From positions 416,293 through 480,292 of the forward strand of contig JAWQFM010000034.1 in the NCBI GenBank assembly GCA_033442325.1: a DNA stretch of 64,000 nt, in the 5' to 3' direction. Below, in pieces: positions 1 through 21,466 of this stretch. The DNA comes from Salpingoeca rosetta (lineage: Eukaryota > Protista > Choanoflagellata). The notes under the pieces were generated by a model. It was not told the origin of the DNA, ran no database searches, and saw nothing but the letters and a program-made list of their open reading frames with translations. The position numbers and the translations under genes were made by a program. Position 1 is the first letter of the stretch; every line of letters starts with the position of its first letter.

Positions 1-160
1 GCGCCCGGATACGAGCAGGAGATACCCCACTTCTTCGACAGCGCTGCAATGTCGCCGTCTGCTTGCAGGATTTTCGTGCGTGCGTGTATGCGTCAATGTG
101 TGTGAGTGAGTGTGTGAGTATATGTGTGTGTACGTGGGTGAATTGTTGAAGTTGTTGAAG

Positions 161-233
<73 letters not shown>

Positions 234-2014
234 GTGAGCGTGTGAGGGTGTGTTTCACTTGAGTGCATGGATGTGCGTGTGTCCATGAGTGTGCGGGCCC
301 GTTTCGGTGCAGATCACCGGACATCAAAGACAGCCCAAACGATTTCAATAACCAGCAACGTTCACGCCCGTCACACACACACACACACACACACAAGTAC
401 ACACCTTTGTTTGCGAGGACGTCGGTGATGTCGGCCTTGGTGGTCGCGTCGAGGCTGTCGGACGACTCCGCCGCCTTGATCGCATCCCCCACCGTCGCCC
501 CGTCAAGCACCTGCTCAGCAGCCGTGCATGCAGGCAACACGTGTGTAAGGCGGTCGCGTATCGGTTGTGGCGGCCTGTTTCTGCGATTCGGCAGGACCAA
601 CGCAAGCAACGAGAGAACAAGCAAACGAACAGCACTCTGCACACACACATAACCCCCCCCCCACACACACACACACAGCGCACGTTCTTGGTGATGATGG
701 CGGCAGCGAGGCCATACTGCACGGCGGAGGGGCGGGACTGCATCAGGGCAACGGCGGCCTTGGCGGTGGCAACAAAGTCGTCTGCCTTGCCAAACGCGGC
801 CGCAATGAGCGGGGCCTTGGCCATACCGTTGGCTGGTGATCAAGTGTGTTTGTGAGCGTGTGTCAATGTGCGGGCGTGTGTGTCAATGTGTGCGCGTGTG
901 TGTCAATGTGCGCGCGTGTGTCAATGTGTCAGTGTGTGTGTGTATCAATGTGTGTGTGTGTGTGTGTGTGTGTCAATGTCAAGAAACGGACTTTCGATGA
1001 CTACCACCACTGCTGTTGCTGCAGTACCGCTTCCGTCCTACTTGACCGTCCTACTTGACCCTCCCCCTCTCCTCCTGTCTGCTGCGCCTCACCTTGGTTG
1101 TCGTCCTTGTCGGCGGTGTCTGGGTAGGTAGCTCCCTTGGCAGCGTTTGCCTCGAGCGTCTTTGTGACGTGGTTCTTGTACCCTTTCCACGACGCGAAGA
1201 ACTCGCACATTTCCTTCAGTGTCACACCATGCAAGGTGGACACGTGTGTGATGGAGACTATGAAGTGAAACTCACACCGAACACAGTGCAAGATGATACG
1301 CGAAAGTACGCAAAAAGAACATCAGACAGGCAGACAGACAGACAGGCAGGCAGAGAGAGAGAGAGAGAGACAGAGACACACACACACCTACACGCATACA
1401 CCTACATGTATACACACACCCCTACATGCACACACGCACATACGCACACACACACACACCTTTTCGACGGCCTTTGGGTCGAGGGTGCCCTTGTTGGCTG
1501 CATCCGTTTTGGCCAGGCCATTCAGCATGGCCACGTACTCGCCACCATAAGGGGAGAGGTCGCCGACTTTCGCCTGTGCAGATACGCATGAACACGCATA
1601 TTCTTCTGAGCATGTGCCTATTGACAACTTCACCAACAAGACATAACCACCTACATGACACAACCAGCAACCCACACACATCCACACGCAGCCACACACA
1701 TCCATCTACATGCACCGACACACATCCACCTCCACACAGTCACACACATCCACCTCCACACATCCACCTACACACAGCCACACACATCCACCTTCATACA
1801 GCCACGCACACAAAGCATCCCCCTTCCGCTCCCTTTTCCGCTTGCCAACCTCGTAGAAGGGGCACTGGGGCTTGCTGCAAAACTCTGGCTCATCCACAAT
1901 GCCGTTCTCCTTCAGGAAGGTGCTCAGCTTTGCCACGTCGTACACCCAGTGCAGCGGCGTGGTGGCCGCATCCGACAGCAGCCCTCCGACAACACAAGCC
2001 CGACGCGCGCTCAT
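1..2014 (-). CDS. ADP-ribosylglycohydrolase family protein, J1-crystallin/selenoprotein J-like (3' end outside window)
   Basis: Phase-consistent GT-AG exons 2014-1850, 1573-1460, 1213-1093, 832-684, 510-405, 58-<1. Protein: [26 protein letters not shown]...[25 protein letters not shown]...[18 protein letters not shown]...[12 protein letters not shown]. The D-A-x3-P-L-H-W-x-Y-D, PFY-x3-G-x-S-x-YG, D-x-Q-A and C-x-x-PG motifs are typical of the J1-crystallin/SelJ subfamily. Confidence 0.85.
151..232. repeat. (GTT)n/(AAC)n microsatellite in an intron
   Basis: Run of gtt units seen directly. Confidence 0.95.
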
Positions 2015-2201
2015 CCTTCCTCTGTTCTTGTGTGTGTGTATTGTTGGCTTCCTTGCAGGCCACTGGACTCGGATTTACGAAAAGTGGCCATTGCATCAAC
2101 AAAATTCCGTTTATTTGGGTTTGCAAAAGGAAGCAAAGCAGTTAAGATGGAAACAGAAGAGATGTGCGTGTAGTGTTCCCACAACAACACGCACAAGACA
2201 T

Positions 2202-2812
2202 TCACGCGGCTGCAACAGCCTTGACGGCCGGCACGCCGGTTGGCTTGGGCTTTGCGGTTTGTGGCTGTGGCTTCTTCATCTTTGGGGACGCTGGCGCCTT
2301 CTTCTTCTTCTTCATCTTCATCTTCTTGCCATCCTCGTCCTCGTCGTCATCGTCGTCTTCGTCGTCGTCGCCACCAGAGAGGGCTGCGTCGCCGTCATCC
2401 TTGTCGTCATCGTCGTCGTCTCCCTCACCATTGGCGTTGTCTGGCTGCTCGTCCATGCCCTCCAGGTGTGCGAGGACGTCTGCGCCCTGGTCGGGGGCGG
2501 GGGCAACCCAGGGCTCTGCCATGAGCTTCTCCACGTCCACGCTGTACTTGTCCGTGGGCACGGGCGCCTGCTGTGTGATGCAGTCGAGCAGCCACTTCTC
2601 CGAGACCACCTCCTTGCCGCGCACGGCATCGGGCCCGCCTTTGCACCCGGGCCGGCCAACCACAATGCTCGCAGCAGGCGCACTCCGCGACAGCTGTGGA
2701 AGTGGAAGGGGGAAATAGGTGGTGGAGGAAGGTGGGAGGGGGGAACGCGTGAGAGGGGTGTCAGGGAGAGAGAGAGGGAAGAAAGAGGGGAGGTGTTTGT
2801 TAACACACGAAT

Positions 2813-2878
<66 letters not shown>

Positions 2879-3264
2879 CTGCCCGCCGCTGCGGGTGACG
2901 AGCGACTGGAGAAACTGGCGGTTTGGTGACGTTTGTGCGCCAATGTAGACGGTGACGTTCTTTGGGAAGAGCGGGCTGGTGGTGGCGGACGCGGCAAGCC
3001 CCTGCCGCCGCTGGCGGGAGATGGCAACGCCAGGGAAGGTGTCGGCGAGCTCAAACTGGTCCTCGTCGAGCCAGTGGCCAGCCTGCATGCTGCCGTGGAT
3101 CCAGTCCATCGACACGACCCAGCAGCCGCGGGTGATGCCCTCCAGCACCTTGAGCGTGCGCTTGCCGCCAGAGACAACGTGCGTCACCTCGTCCGAAAAC
3201 GCAGGCAGAATGTCAAACCCGCCCAGCGCCTCAATCGTCGCATACGCAACATCCAAATCCCTGC

Positions 3265-3342
<78 letters not shown>

Positions 3343-4426
3343 TGGAGGGGGAAAGGGTGCCGTGGCATTCGTGTGAGTGGCAGATGAACGCAGAGTGAGG
3401 TTTGGTGGAAGCAAACCACAGGGCAAGCGAGAACGCTCAACACATTTCAAACGGCACTCACGCCGCATCGAGTCCGCTGAGAACGACATGACCAAGAATC
3501 TGCAAATCAACATGCAAGTTGGGGGGGGGGGGGGGAGGGTGAATGTCAGCTCGTACGTCCATCCAAACAACAACACAACACAACACAACACAGCACACAC
3601 ACACACACAACAACACAACACAACACAACACAACACAACATACCTTGCGCTTCTTGCGTGGGGCGGTGTTGGCGGCGGCCTTTGTCTTCTTGCTCTTGTT
3701 GTTCCCTGCCTTGTTCGCGTCGTCGTCCTGCTGCTCCTCATCGTCGCCGTTGTCGTTCCCGTCGCTGTGTCCGTCCGTCACACTCTTCTTCTTGGTGGCC
3801 ATCTTCGCCTTTGCCTTGTTGCTGTTGCTGTTGGTGACGTCCTTGAGCTTTGAGGGCTTGCTGGGCTTTCCCTCTTGCTCCTTCCGGTCCTCGTCCCCAC
3901 CAGAGCCCTCGCCAGCACTCGCCGCCTTGTGCTCCGATCCGTCTGCCTCCTCACCCTCTTCCGCACCACCACCACCCTGTTGCTGTTGCTTGGTGGCGGC
4001 GGTTGCGTCCTTCTTCTTGCGGCTCAGCAGCTTGCGCTTCACGGGCGTCTTCTTGCTGCCCTTGCCCTCATCTTTCTCCTCTTGCTGCTGCTGCTGCTGC
4101 CCTGTCGCCGCAGCCTCACCACTGTCGTTGCCGTTGCCGGCTTGCTCCTCGCCCTTCTCTTGCTCTTCCTCGGCGTTGGCGAGGTTGCTGCTGTCCTCCA
4201 TGTTTGGCGAGTCAAACACGAGCGACGGCTGCCGCGGAATCGCCGGCGACGCGTGCTCCTCCTCATCAACACCGCCGTTGCTGCCGTTGCCGTGGGCTGG
4301 CGTTGCGGGAACACCAGAGGCCATTGGGCTCTCCGGCACAACAACCGATGCTGCTGTCGATGGTGCCGCCTTGCCACCGCCCGTGGTCGTCGTGGCTTTG
4401 GTTGCTGCAGCGCTGTCGCCCACTTG

Positions 4427-4460
<34 letters not shown>

Positions 4461-5857
4461 AAGGCCTGCGTGTCTTCGCAAAGGACCTTGCTGGCGGGCG
4501 CCTTTGGGGTGGACTGGGCGCTGGTGGCGGTGCTGCCAATGGCCTGCGGCTTCATGGACTTGGAGCGCTTGGATGCCGGTGGGGTGGTCTCTGGATCGAC
4601 AAGGAAGGGCGCCTCGTCCACGCGCTGGCGCTGCTTGCTGCACTCTTCCACCCACATGACACTGACCAGCCGCACCTCGGGCCGGGCAACAGCCTTGCTC
4701 AGCGTCGACTTCTTCCCGTCCTTGAACACCTGTTGTGGTTGGTTGGTTGGGGGGGGGGGTGGTTTGGAGTGAGCGAGACAAGTGGGGAGTGAGTGAGACA
4801 CGTGGAGAGTGAGTGAGACGGGTTTGAGAGTGAGTGAGACACGTGGAGAGGGGGCGAGATGGGAAGAAAAAGCAATTGTGAATGAAATGTTCCCTTCACA
4901 CACACACAACACACGATTCCCACCCCACCCCAAACACAGACACATACGACGTGGGTGACGGTCTTGGAGAAGGAGGCGACGACGCGGCCGCCAAGCTCCT
5001 GGATCTTGGACTGGATGACGGCCTTGCTCTCCGCACCTTCGCAGTGCACGTCGATAAAGGCCACCACCCCATACAGCGGGTGGTCAGCATCAGCCTGAAC
5101 GCATGCACGCATGCGAGTGGATGGCGGTGGTGAGCGCATTGATCTACAGTACAAGCAACCCAAGGCAAGGCCGAAGCAAGCAACACTGCGTGCGTGCAGC
5201 GCCAAAATTGAGGCAGTCACGACTCGACCACCTTCTTGGGACTGGCAGGCATGGTGAAATGAAGCGAATTGAAAAGAGGGAAACAAAGCGGGAAGAAGAA
5301 GAGAACGCAGGAAACGATGTGGAAAGCAGGAAACGATGTGGAAAGCAGGAAACGATGTGGAAAGCAGAAGGCAGACAGGAAAAAGAGAGTCGTTTGAGCT
5401 GCAGTTGAGATGGCAAGAAAGCAACGCGATAATTGGCGATATTGGGGGGTTGGTAAGCGTAACACACACCCACAACCAACAACAGCGGCCGACTTGTGGG
5501 GATTGGCAGAGTGCGGGAAAATGAACACCAGCCACAACTTGTCCAGACAAACAAAGAAAACAAAGTGAAAGAAAGAAGAAGCAAACACACACACACTCAC
5601 AATGCACGCACACAACAAGGCAACTCGCTGCTTGCTTGTGCGGCAACTCAGCAAACTCACGCCACCATCACCATCAACAACTTGTCGAAACAAGTCTGCA
5701 TCTCCAATGCATGCATGTTTGCAAAACAGCCCCAGAAGTTTTTGCGGGCTCGCTCGAACACGTTCAGACACGCTCCCTCAACACACATGCACATGAACAC
5801 CAAACACAGCGTCACATCACCACGCACCTGCTTCTTCTTCTTTGCCGACCGCGGCAT
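2202..5857 (-). CDS. MCPH1: Microcephalin (MCPH1/BRIT1) orthologue: N-terminal BRCT, low-complexity centre, C-terminal tandem BRCT; ~724 aa
   Basis: Exons 5857-5828, 5094-4948, 4729-3644, 3499-3462, 3260-2879, 2693-2202 (2175 nt, in frame). BRCT1 LYGVVAFIDV...LGGRVVASFSKTVTHVVFKDGKKSTLSKA...RLVSVMWVEEC is followed by KRSKSMKP (human KRKCMQP). BRCT2/3 VTHVVSGGKRTLKVLEGITRGCWVVSMDWI...AGHWLDEDQFEL...FP...SGGQLSRSAPAASIVVG...VSEKWLLDCIT closely parallels human MCPH1 as I recall it. Confidence 0.9.
5307..5367 (+). repeat. 19-bp tandem repeat (GCAGGAAACGATGTGGAAA)x3 in MCPH1 intron 1
   Basis: Three identical units plus a partial one seen directly. Confidence 0.9.
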
Positions 5858-6267
5858 GGCGTCCTCCTGGTGTGCTTCCTTGCTTGCTTGCTTGAAGATA
5901 GATAGGTGGTGCCGGTGGTTGGTGCCGGTGGTTGAGGGCGAGCAGACGAAGTGCTCCACGTCCAAGCAAGGCAGTCCTGGCTGTCTCGTGTGTGTATGTG
6001 GTTGTGTGTTTGGCGGGAATCACAGTCAAGATGAGCCGCAACAACAACACTGCTTCAAATGTAACGGCGCGGCGGACGCGTTCAAACTTGCCCGGCCGGT
6101 GGATACGAGCGTCAGCGTAGTTTCACTGCGCATCTGCACTCAAACTGTGTGCGAAACGTAGATTGCTACTGCTTGTGGTGTCACTAAGAACTACGACGAC
6201 ACCAAGCGCAAACGCGACACACAAAGCCATCCGTTGATGACGAGGCAGAACCAACCAACGAACCAAG
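5858..6267. promoter_or_regulatory. Probable bidirectional promoter region between MCPH1 and RAB3GAP2
   Basis: Divergent start codons at 5857 (-) and 6268 (+), 410 bp apart. No specific motif identified. Confidence 0.45.
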
Positions 6268-16008
<9,741 letters not shown>

Positions 16009-16022
16009 CGATGCTCGCTTGC

Positions 16023-16073
<51 letters not shown>

Positions 16074-16663
16074 GTTGTTGTTGTTGTTGTGTGGGGGCAC
16101 TTTCGGGGCGTTGAGTGCGCCCGTGTTGTTGCTGCTTTTCATAAACGGAGAGAAGAACATTATTGTCGTGGGTCTACTTCTGTGTTTTCACATGGGATGG
16201 CGGAAGCGGCACATTGGGGCTGGCAGTGTGGATAATGGGAGGGCGCGCTCAGCTCTGTCAAAACACACACACACACACACATACATACACACACACACAC
16301 ATACATACATACATACACACAGAGAGTGTTCAATTCCATGTCCTTGTTTGATTGATCCTTCCAATGTCGTGACTGCTGCTCTGTTGCGTTCCCCTGGCCA
16401 TTCCTGTTCACCCCTTTCACTGTTGCACACATACCATCGACACCACCGGTAACAGCAGCAACAGCCACGGTGACTAGCCAGCACCTCCTTCGATCATACG
16501 CCACGTTGCCACTTGTCGAACCAACCACGACCAATACCATCACGATCAATGCCATCACGACCAATGCGTCCATCGTCGCTTGTTGCATCATCGCCAACAC
16601 CTGCTATCTGGCTACTTGTGCTTCTGCCCGCCGTTGCCTGCATGCATGCCCACGCCTCCGTCT

Positions 16664-18690
16664 CTACTTGAACGCTGCGAGGCGAGGATCAACCAATGAT
16701 GATGATGATGAAACTGCGGATGACGACGATGGCGGCGGTGCCTGGTGGTAGGGATATGGCACAGCCGTCGACACGCGTGCACCACCACTGCCACGACCAC
16801 CGCCACTACCGCTGCCTGCACTCGCGAGAATTCCCGGGTACAGCACACTGTCCACAGCCAGAGGGGCATGACCAGGCGCGGTCGCTGACAGCGACGATGA
16901 CGACGATGACGGCAACGGCTGTGGTGGTGGCCGGTGCTGTTGCTCGTACTGGTGGTCGTGATACGCCTCTGGTGGCGGGGCTGTGGCCGGGTGTGACGAA
17001 GGTGGCGGTCCTATCCCGGTGAAGGGGGAAGGGGTGATGCGATAAATGGAAGGGAGATGATGTGGGTGAGCTTGGGCTGTTGGACACGCAAATACACAGT
17101 CGACTGGACGATGATATGACACCCACACCCATACACACACACATGCAGGCGACACACGGAGGGGCAGAGACAGGGCAGGAAATCGAGACAGAGACAGCAA
17201 GAGAAGAGACAGTCGCGCACACACACACATACGCACACACATACACACGTACGTACGTACCAGGATATGAGGTGTATTTGCCTTGCAATGGGGGTTCACG
17301 AGCGTATGCAACCTCCCCAGCCTGCCGCTGGTGGTACGGGTGTGGTGGAGCGTGACGTTGGGCCCGAGGCTGCTGCCCATACCTACTGTACCCTCCATAC
17401 CCTCCGTACCCTTCGTGCCCTGTTTGCGCTTGAGCTGTGGCGTAGCGATCGGCAGGTGGCGGCGCATGCTCGCGTGGTCGGGCAGCATATGGCGACGATG
17501 ACGATGGTGATGGTGGTGCCTGCTGCTGGTACTGCTGCTGCTCGCCGTGCCCGTGGGCATGCGCATGTGGGTGTGGGTGTGACGGTGCGAATGCATACGG
17601 GGACACATGTTGCTGTGGCGGTGGATGTGACTCGTGTGGGTAGTGTTGAGGCTGTGGTGGTGGTGGTGGTGGTGGACGCGACTGCTGAGGTGGATGCTGA
17701 GGAGAGAACGCGTGAGGATGTGGTGGTGCAGGCGCGTCGTGCCTGTAGCGGTCAAGCGGCGGCGGCGGCGAACGCACTGCACATGTAGACATGATGGCGC
17801 CAAAGTTGCATACATGCACGAGCACATTCGATTCGAGGGAGTGAGCAAGATCCTCATAAACAAACGAAGAAAGGTGGTAAGTTAACAACGTGCCGAACAC
17901 ACAGGGCCGAGCACGCACACACACACACACACACATGTACACATGCACACACATGCACACACATGCACACATATGCACACACACACACATGCACACACAT
18001 ACCCGGATCGCGTCGTTGCCTCATAGGGCTGCGCTCCCGTCCCCGACCATGACTACCACCACCACCGCCAACACCGTAATATCGTCCACCACCACCAACG
18101 CCATGGCTATCGTCACCACGCCTGCGGCCCAGTGCACCGACTCGACCACGGACGTCGCGCTCAGCGTTGCCACGCGGCATCCCCTGATCATACCCACGAT
18201 ACGCCCCACCATCATGACGACGACCACCATCGTACCGATCCATGCGAGCATCCCGCTCACGGCTGCGACTGCGACCCCTTCGACCGACAATTGTGTCTCC
18301 ACGATCAGAGCGCACAGGGCGCTGATACGGCTGCTGCTGCTGCTGCTGCCCGTTGTACTGTCGACTGCGTGTCTCGCGGTGGTCAAAACGTTCGGGCGAC
18401 CGCTGATATGCGCGGGCACGAGGCGGTGTCGACCCGATACGCGCGCGTGACGATGCTGATGACGGCGACGGTGAATATGGAGGCGAGTTGCGACTACGAC
18501 TACGACCGCGCCCGCGGTGATCGTGTGGATGGCGGTGAGGGCGGCCGTCATGCTGGCGCGCTCGCTGTCGTGCATACACCATATCTGGGCGCTGCTGGCG
18601 TTCGCGAACGTGTTCTTGGCCCAGATACTCGCGTGGCGTCGCAAACTCAATCTGCAACACACTCCCTCGGATCTCCTGTTTGTGTTGTGC

Positions 18691-18758
<68 letters not shown>

Positions 18759-19709
18759 TGCCGGACCTTCCTGACTGTTATAAGCGACAAGCTGAAACTA
18801 CCTGACGATGACCAACCTGCAGCGCTGTCGATTACGCCCTCGATTTTGGCCGATTCCTGTTTTTGCTTAATTAGGATCAGNNNNNNNNNNNNNNNNNNNN
18901 NNNNNNNNNNNNNNNNNNNNNNNNNNNNNNNNNNNNNNNNNNNNNNNNNNNNNNNNNNNNNNNNNNNNNNNNNNNNNNNNNNNNNNNNNNNNNNNNNNNN
19001 NNNNNNNNNNNNNNNNNNNNNNNNNNNNNNNNNNNNNNNNNNNNNNNNNNNNNNNNNNNNNNNNNNNNNNNNNNNNNNNNNNNNNNNNNNNNNNNNNNNN
19101 NNNNNNNNNNNNNNNNNNNNNNNNNNNNNNNNNNNNNNNNNNNNNNNNNNNNNNNNNNNNNNNNNNNNNNNNNNNNNNNNNNNNNNNNNNNNNNNNNNNN
19201 NNNNNNNNNNNNNNNNNNNNNNNNNNNNNNNNNNNNNNNNNNNNNNNNNNNNNNNNNNNNNNNNNNNNNNNNNNNNNNNNNNNNNNNNNNNNNNNNNNNN
19301 NNNNNNNNNNNNNNNNNNNNNNNNNNNNNNNNNNNNNNNNNNNNNNNNNNNNNNNNNNNNNNNNNNNNNNNNNNNNNNNNNNNNNNNNNNNNNNNNNNNN
19401 NNNNNNNNNNNNNNNNNNNNNNNNNNNNNNNNNNNNNNNNNNNNNNNNNNNNNNNNNNNNNNNNNNNNNNNNNNNNNNNNNNNNNNNNNNNNNNNNNNNN
19501 NNNNNNNNNNNNNNNNNNNNNNNNNNNNNNNNNNNNNNNNNNNNNNNNNNNNNNNNNNNNNNNNNNNNNNNNNNNNNNNNNNNNNNNNNNNNNNNNNNNN
19601 NNNNNNNNNNNNNNNNNNNNNNNNNNNNNNNNNNNNNNNNNNNNNNNNNNNNNNNNNNNNNNNNNNNNNNNNNNNNNNNNNNNNNNNNNNNNNNNNNNNN
19701 NCGTTGTTG

Positions 19710-19780
<71 letters not shown>

Positions 19781-20383
19781 GTCGAGAGTGTGAATATGTT
19801 CTTGTGTCGAGGATGCATGTTTGTCGAAAACTCTTTCGTCCTGCACAAGGCATATGCGCACACACACGCACACACGTACACACACACACACACACCATGC
19901 GAACGGTGGTAGCCTCTTGCGCCTCTTCGACTGTGCGAAAGATGGCAAAGGCAAAGCCGCGCGACTTGCCGCTGTCTTTGAATCTCGGGATTACAACTAC
20001 AACAGAGCCGCAAACAAGGTGGACAGCATATGAGCAAGAGACAGCAACCCGCAGCAGTCTACCAACCACATCTGACACCACGTTCTCACAGCCCAGATCA
20101 CACACACCACGTTCTCACAGCCCAGATCACACACCCTCTCTCTCTCTCTATCTATCTCTCTCTATCTATCTATCTATCTCTCTCTGTGACACAGATACAG
20201 ACAAACACACACACACGCTGACACACACACACACACACAACCTTCAATGACAGGCGCGACAGCTGCAAACGCGTCCGCAATCTCCTTCTCTGTCGTGGCG
20301 AGCGGCACGCCTTTGAGGAACAGCTTGCGCCCTTCCATGGCCGCCTGATCGGCCTCTTTCCTCGACAACCCGGACGGAGGCAT
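16664..20383 (-). CDS. RRM-containing RNA-binding protein with RS/RD-rich and Pro/His/Tyr-rich C-terminus (SR-like)
   Basis: Exons 20383-20242, 19996-19905, [missing exon(s) in gap], 18651-18003, 17776-17261, 17010-16664. RNP2 [11 protein letters not shown]1 SRGFAFAIF, last strand IEFA, then [29 protein letters not shown] etc. Confidence 0.8.
18881..19701. other. Assembly gap (N run)
   Basis: N run inside the RRM gene. Confidence 1.
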
Positions 20384-20550
20384 GCTTGCACTGCACAATA
20401 GCAACAACACAACAAGCGTGCAAGCAAGCAACAGCGACCCAAGTGAACCTGTTGCTCGGTGTTGAGTCGACACACACCAAGAATGATGCGATTGTGGAGG
20501 AATTGCAATGATTTCCAACAACAATCGGCAGACGGAGGATGTGAACACAC

Positions 20551-20582
<32 letters not shown>

Positions 20583-20626
20583 TCTCTCTCTCTCTCTCTC
20601 ACACCCTCTCTCTCACACACACGCAT

Positions 20627-20724
<98 letters not shown>

Positions 20725-21466
20725 TCTCTCTCACACACACGCATGCACAAACACACACGCATGCACAAACACACACACACTCACTCTCACTCTCACTCTC
20801 TCCCTCTCTCTCACACACACGCATGCACAAACACACACGTGCACACGCATCTTGCTGGAGCATAGTTTACTACAGAGAACAACACCAGCCCAGAACAAAG
20901 GAAGCTATTATCAAACACACACTCACTGAATGCACCGACAAACAAAACTAACACCAACCTACGCACAGCTACCACACACAAATGTGCCACCCATCAACGC
21001 CTTTGGTCCAAAACGACACACCTACAAGCTGCTGCGTGGCAAGTCAACACAGCCCACGCGGTAAACAAGACATAAACAAGCAGCAAACCCAATCAAAACA
21101 AAAAGGCAAACAGGAAGCACAACAAAGCAAAAGCAGGGGCCACATCAAGGGGAACAACGCGCGTGTGTCAACACAAACCAAAACTACCACGCGTATGTAA
21201 ACATGGAACAATCAAGCACATGCCAGTACGCCATCAGCAACTGCAACACAATATGCTACAATGAACATCTCTCTCGCGCGCACACGCGCTGCTACCTGTG
21301 CAACGCCTCCGCCGCAGCACACTCACATTCTCACGCGCACACACTCTCTCTTTCCCTCAATCACACACACGCACTCTCTCTTTCCCTCACTCACTCACAC
21401 GCACAAGCACACGCACACACTCTCACGCACACGCACGTACAGGTCTACACAACATCACCTCCCCCT

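Noticed and set aside
5307-5367. Short direct repeats resembling a CRISPR-like array (also 6521-6560, 20076-20133)
   Set aside because: Head-to-tail with no spacers, in eukaryotic introns; simple slippage duplications.
18755-18880. Non-repetitive, compositionally odd stretch beside the gap inside the RRM gene
   Set aside because: No splice-consistent RRM exon found. It sits at a contig end, so probably low-quality or chimeric sequence.
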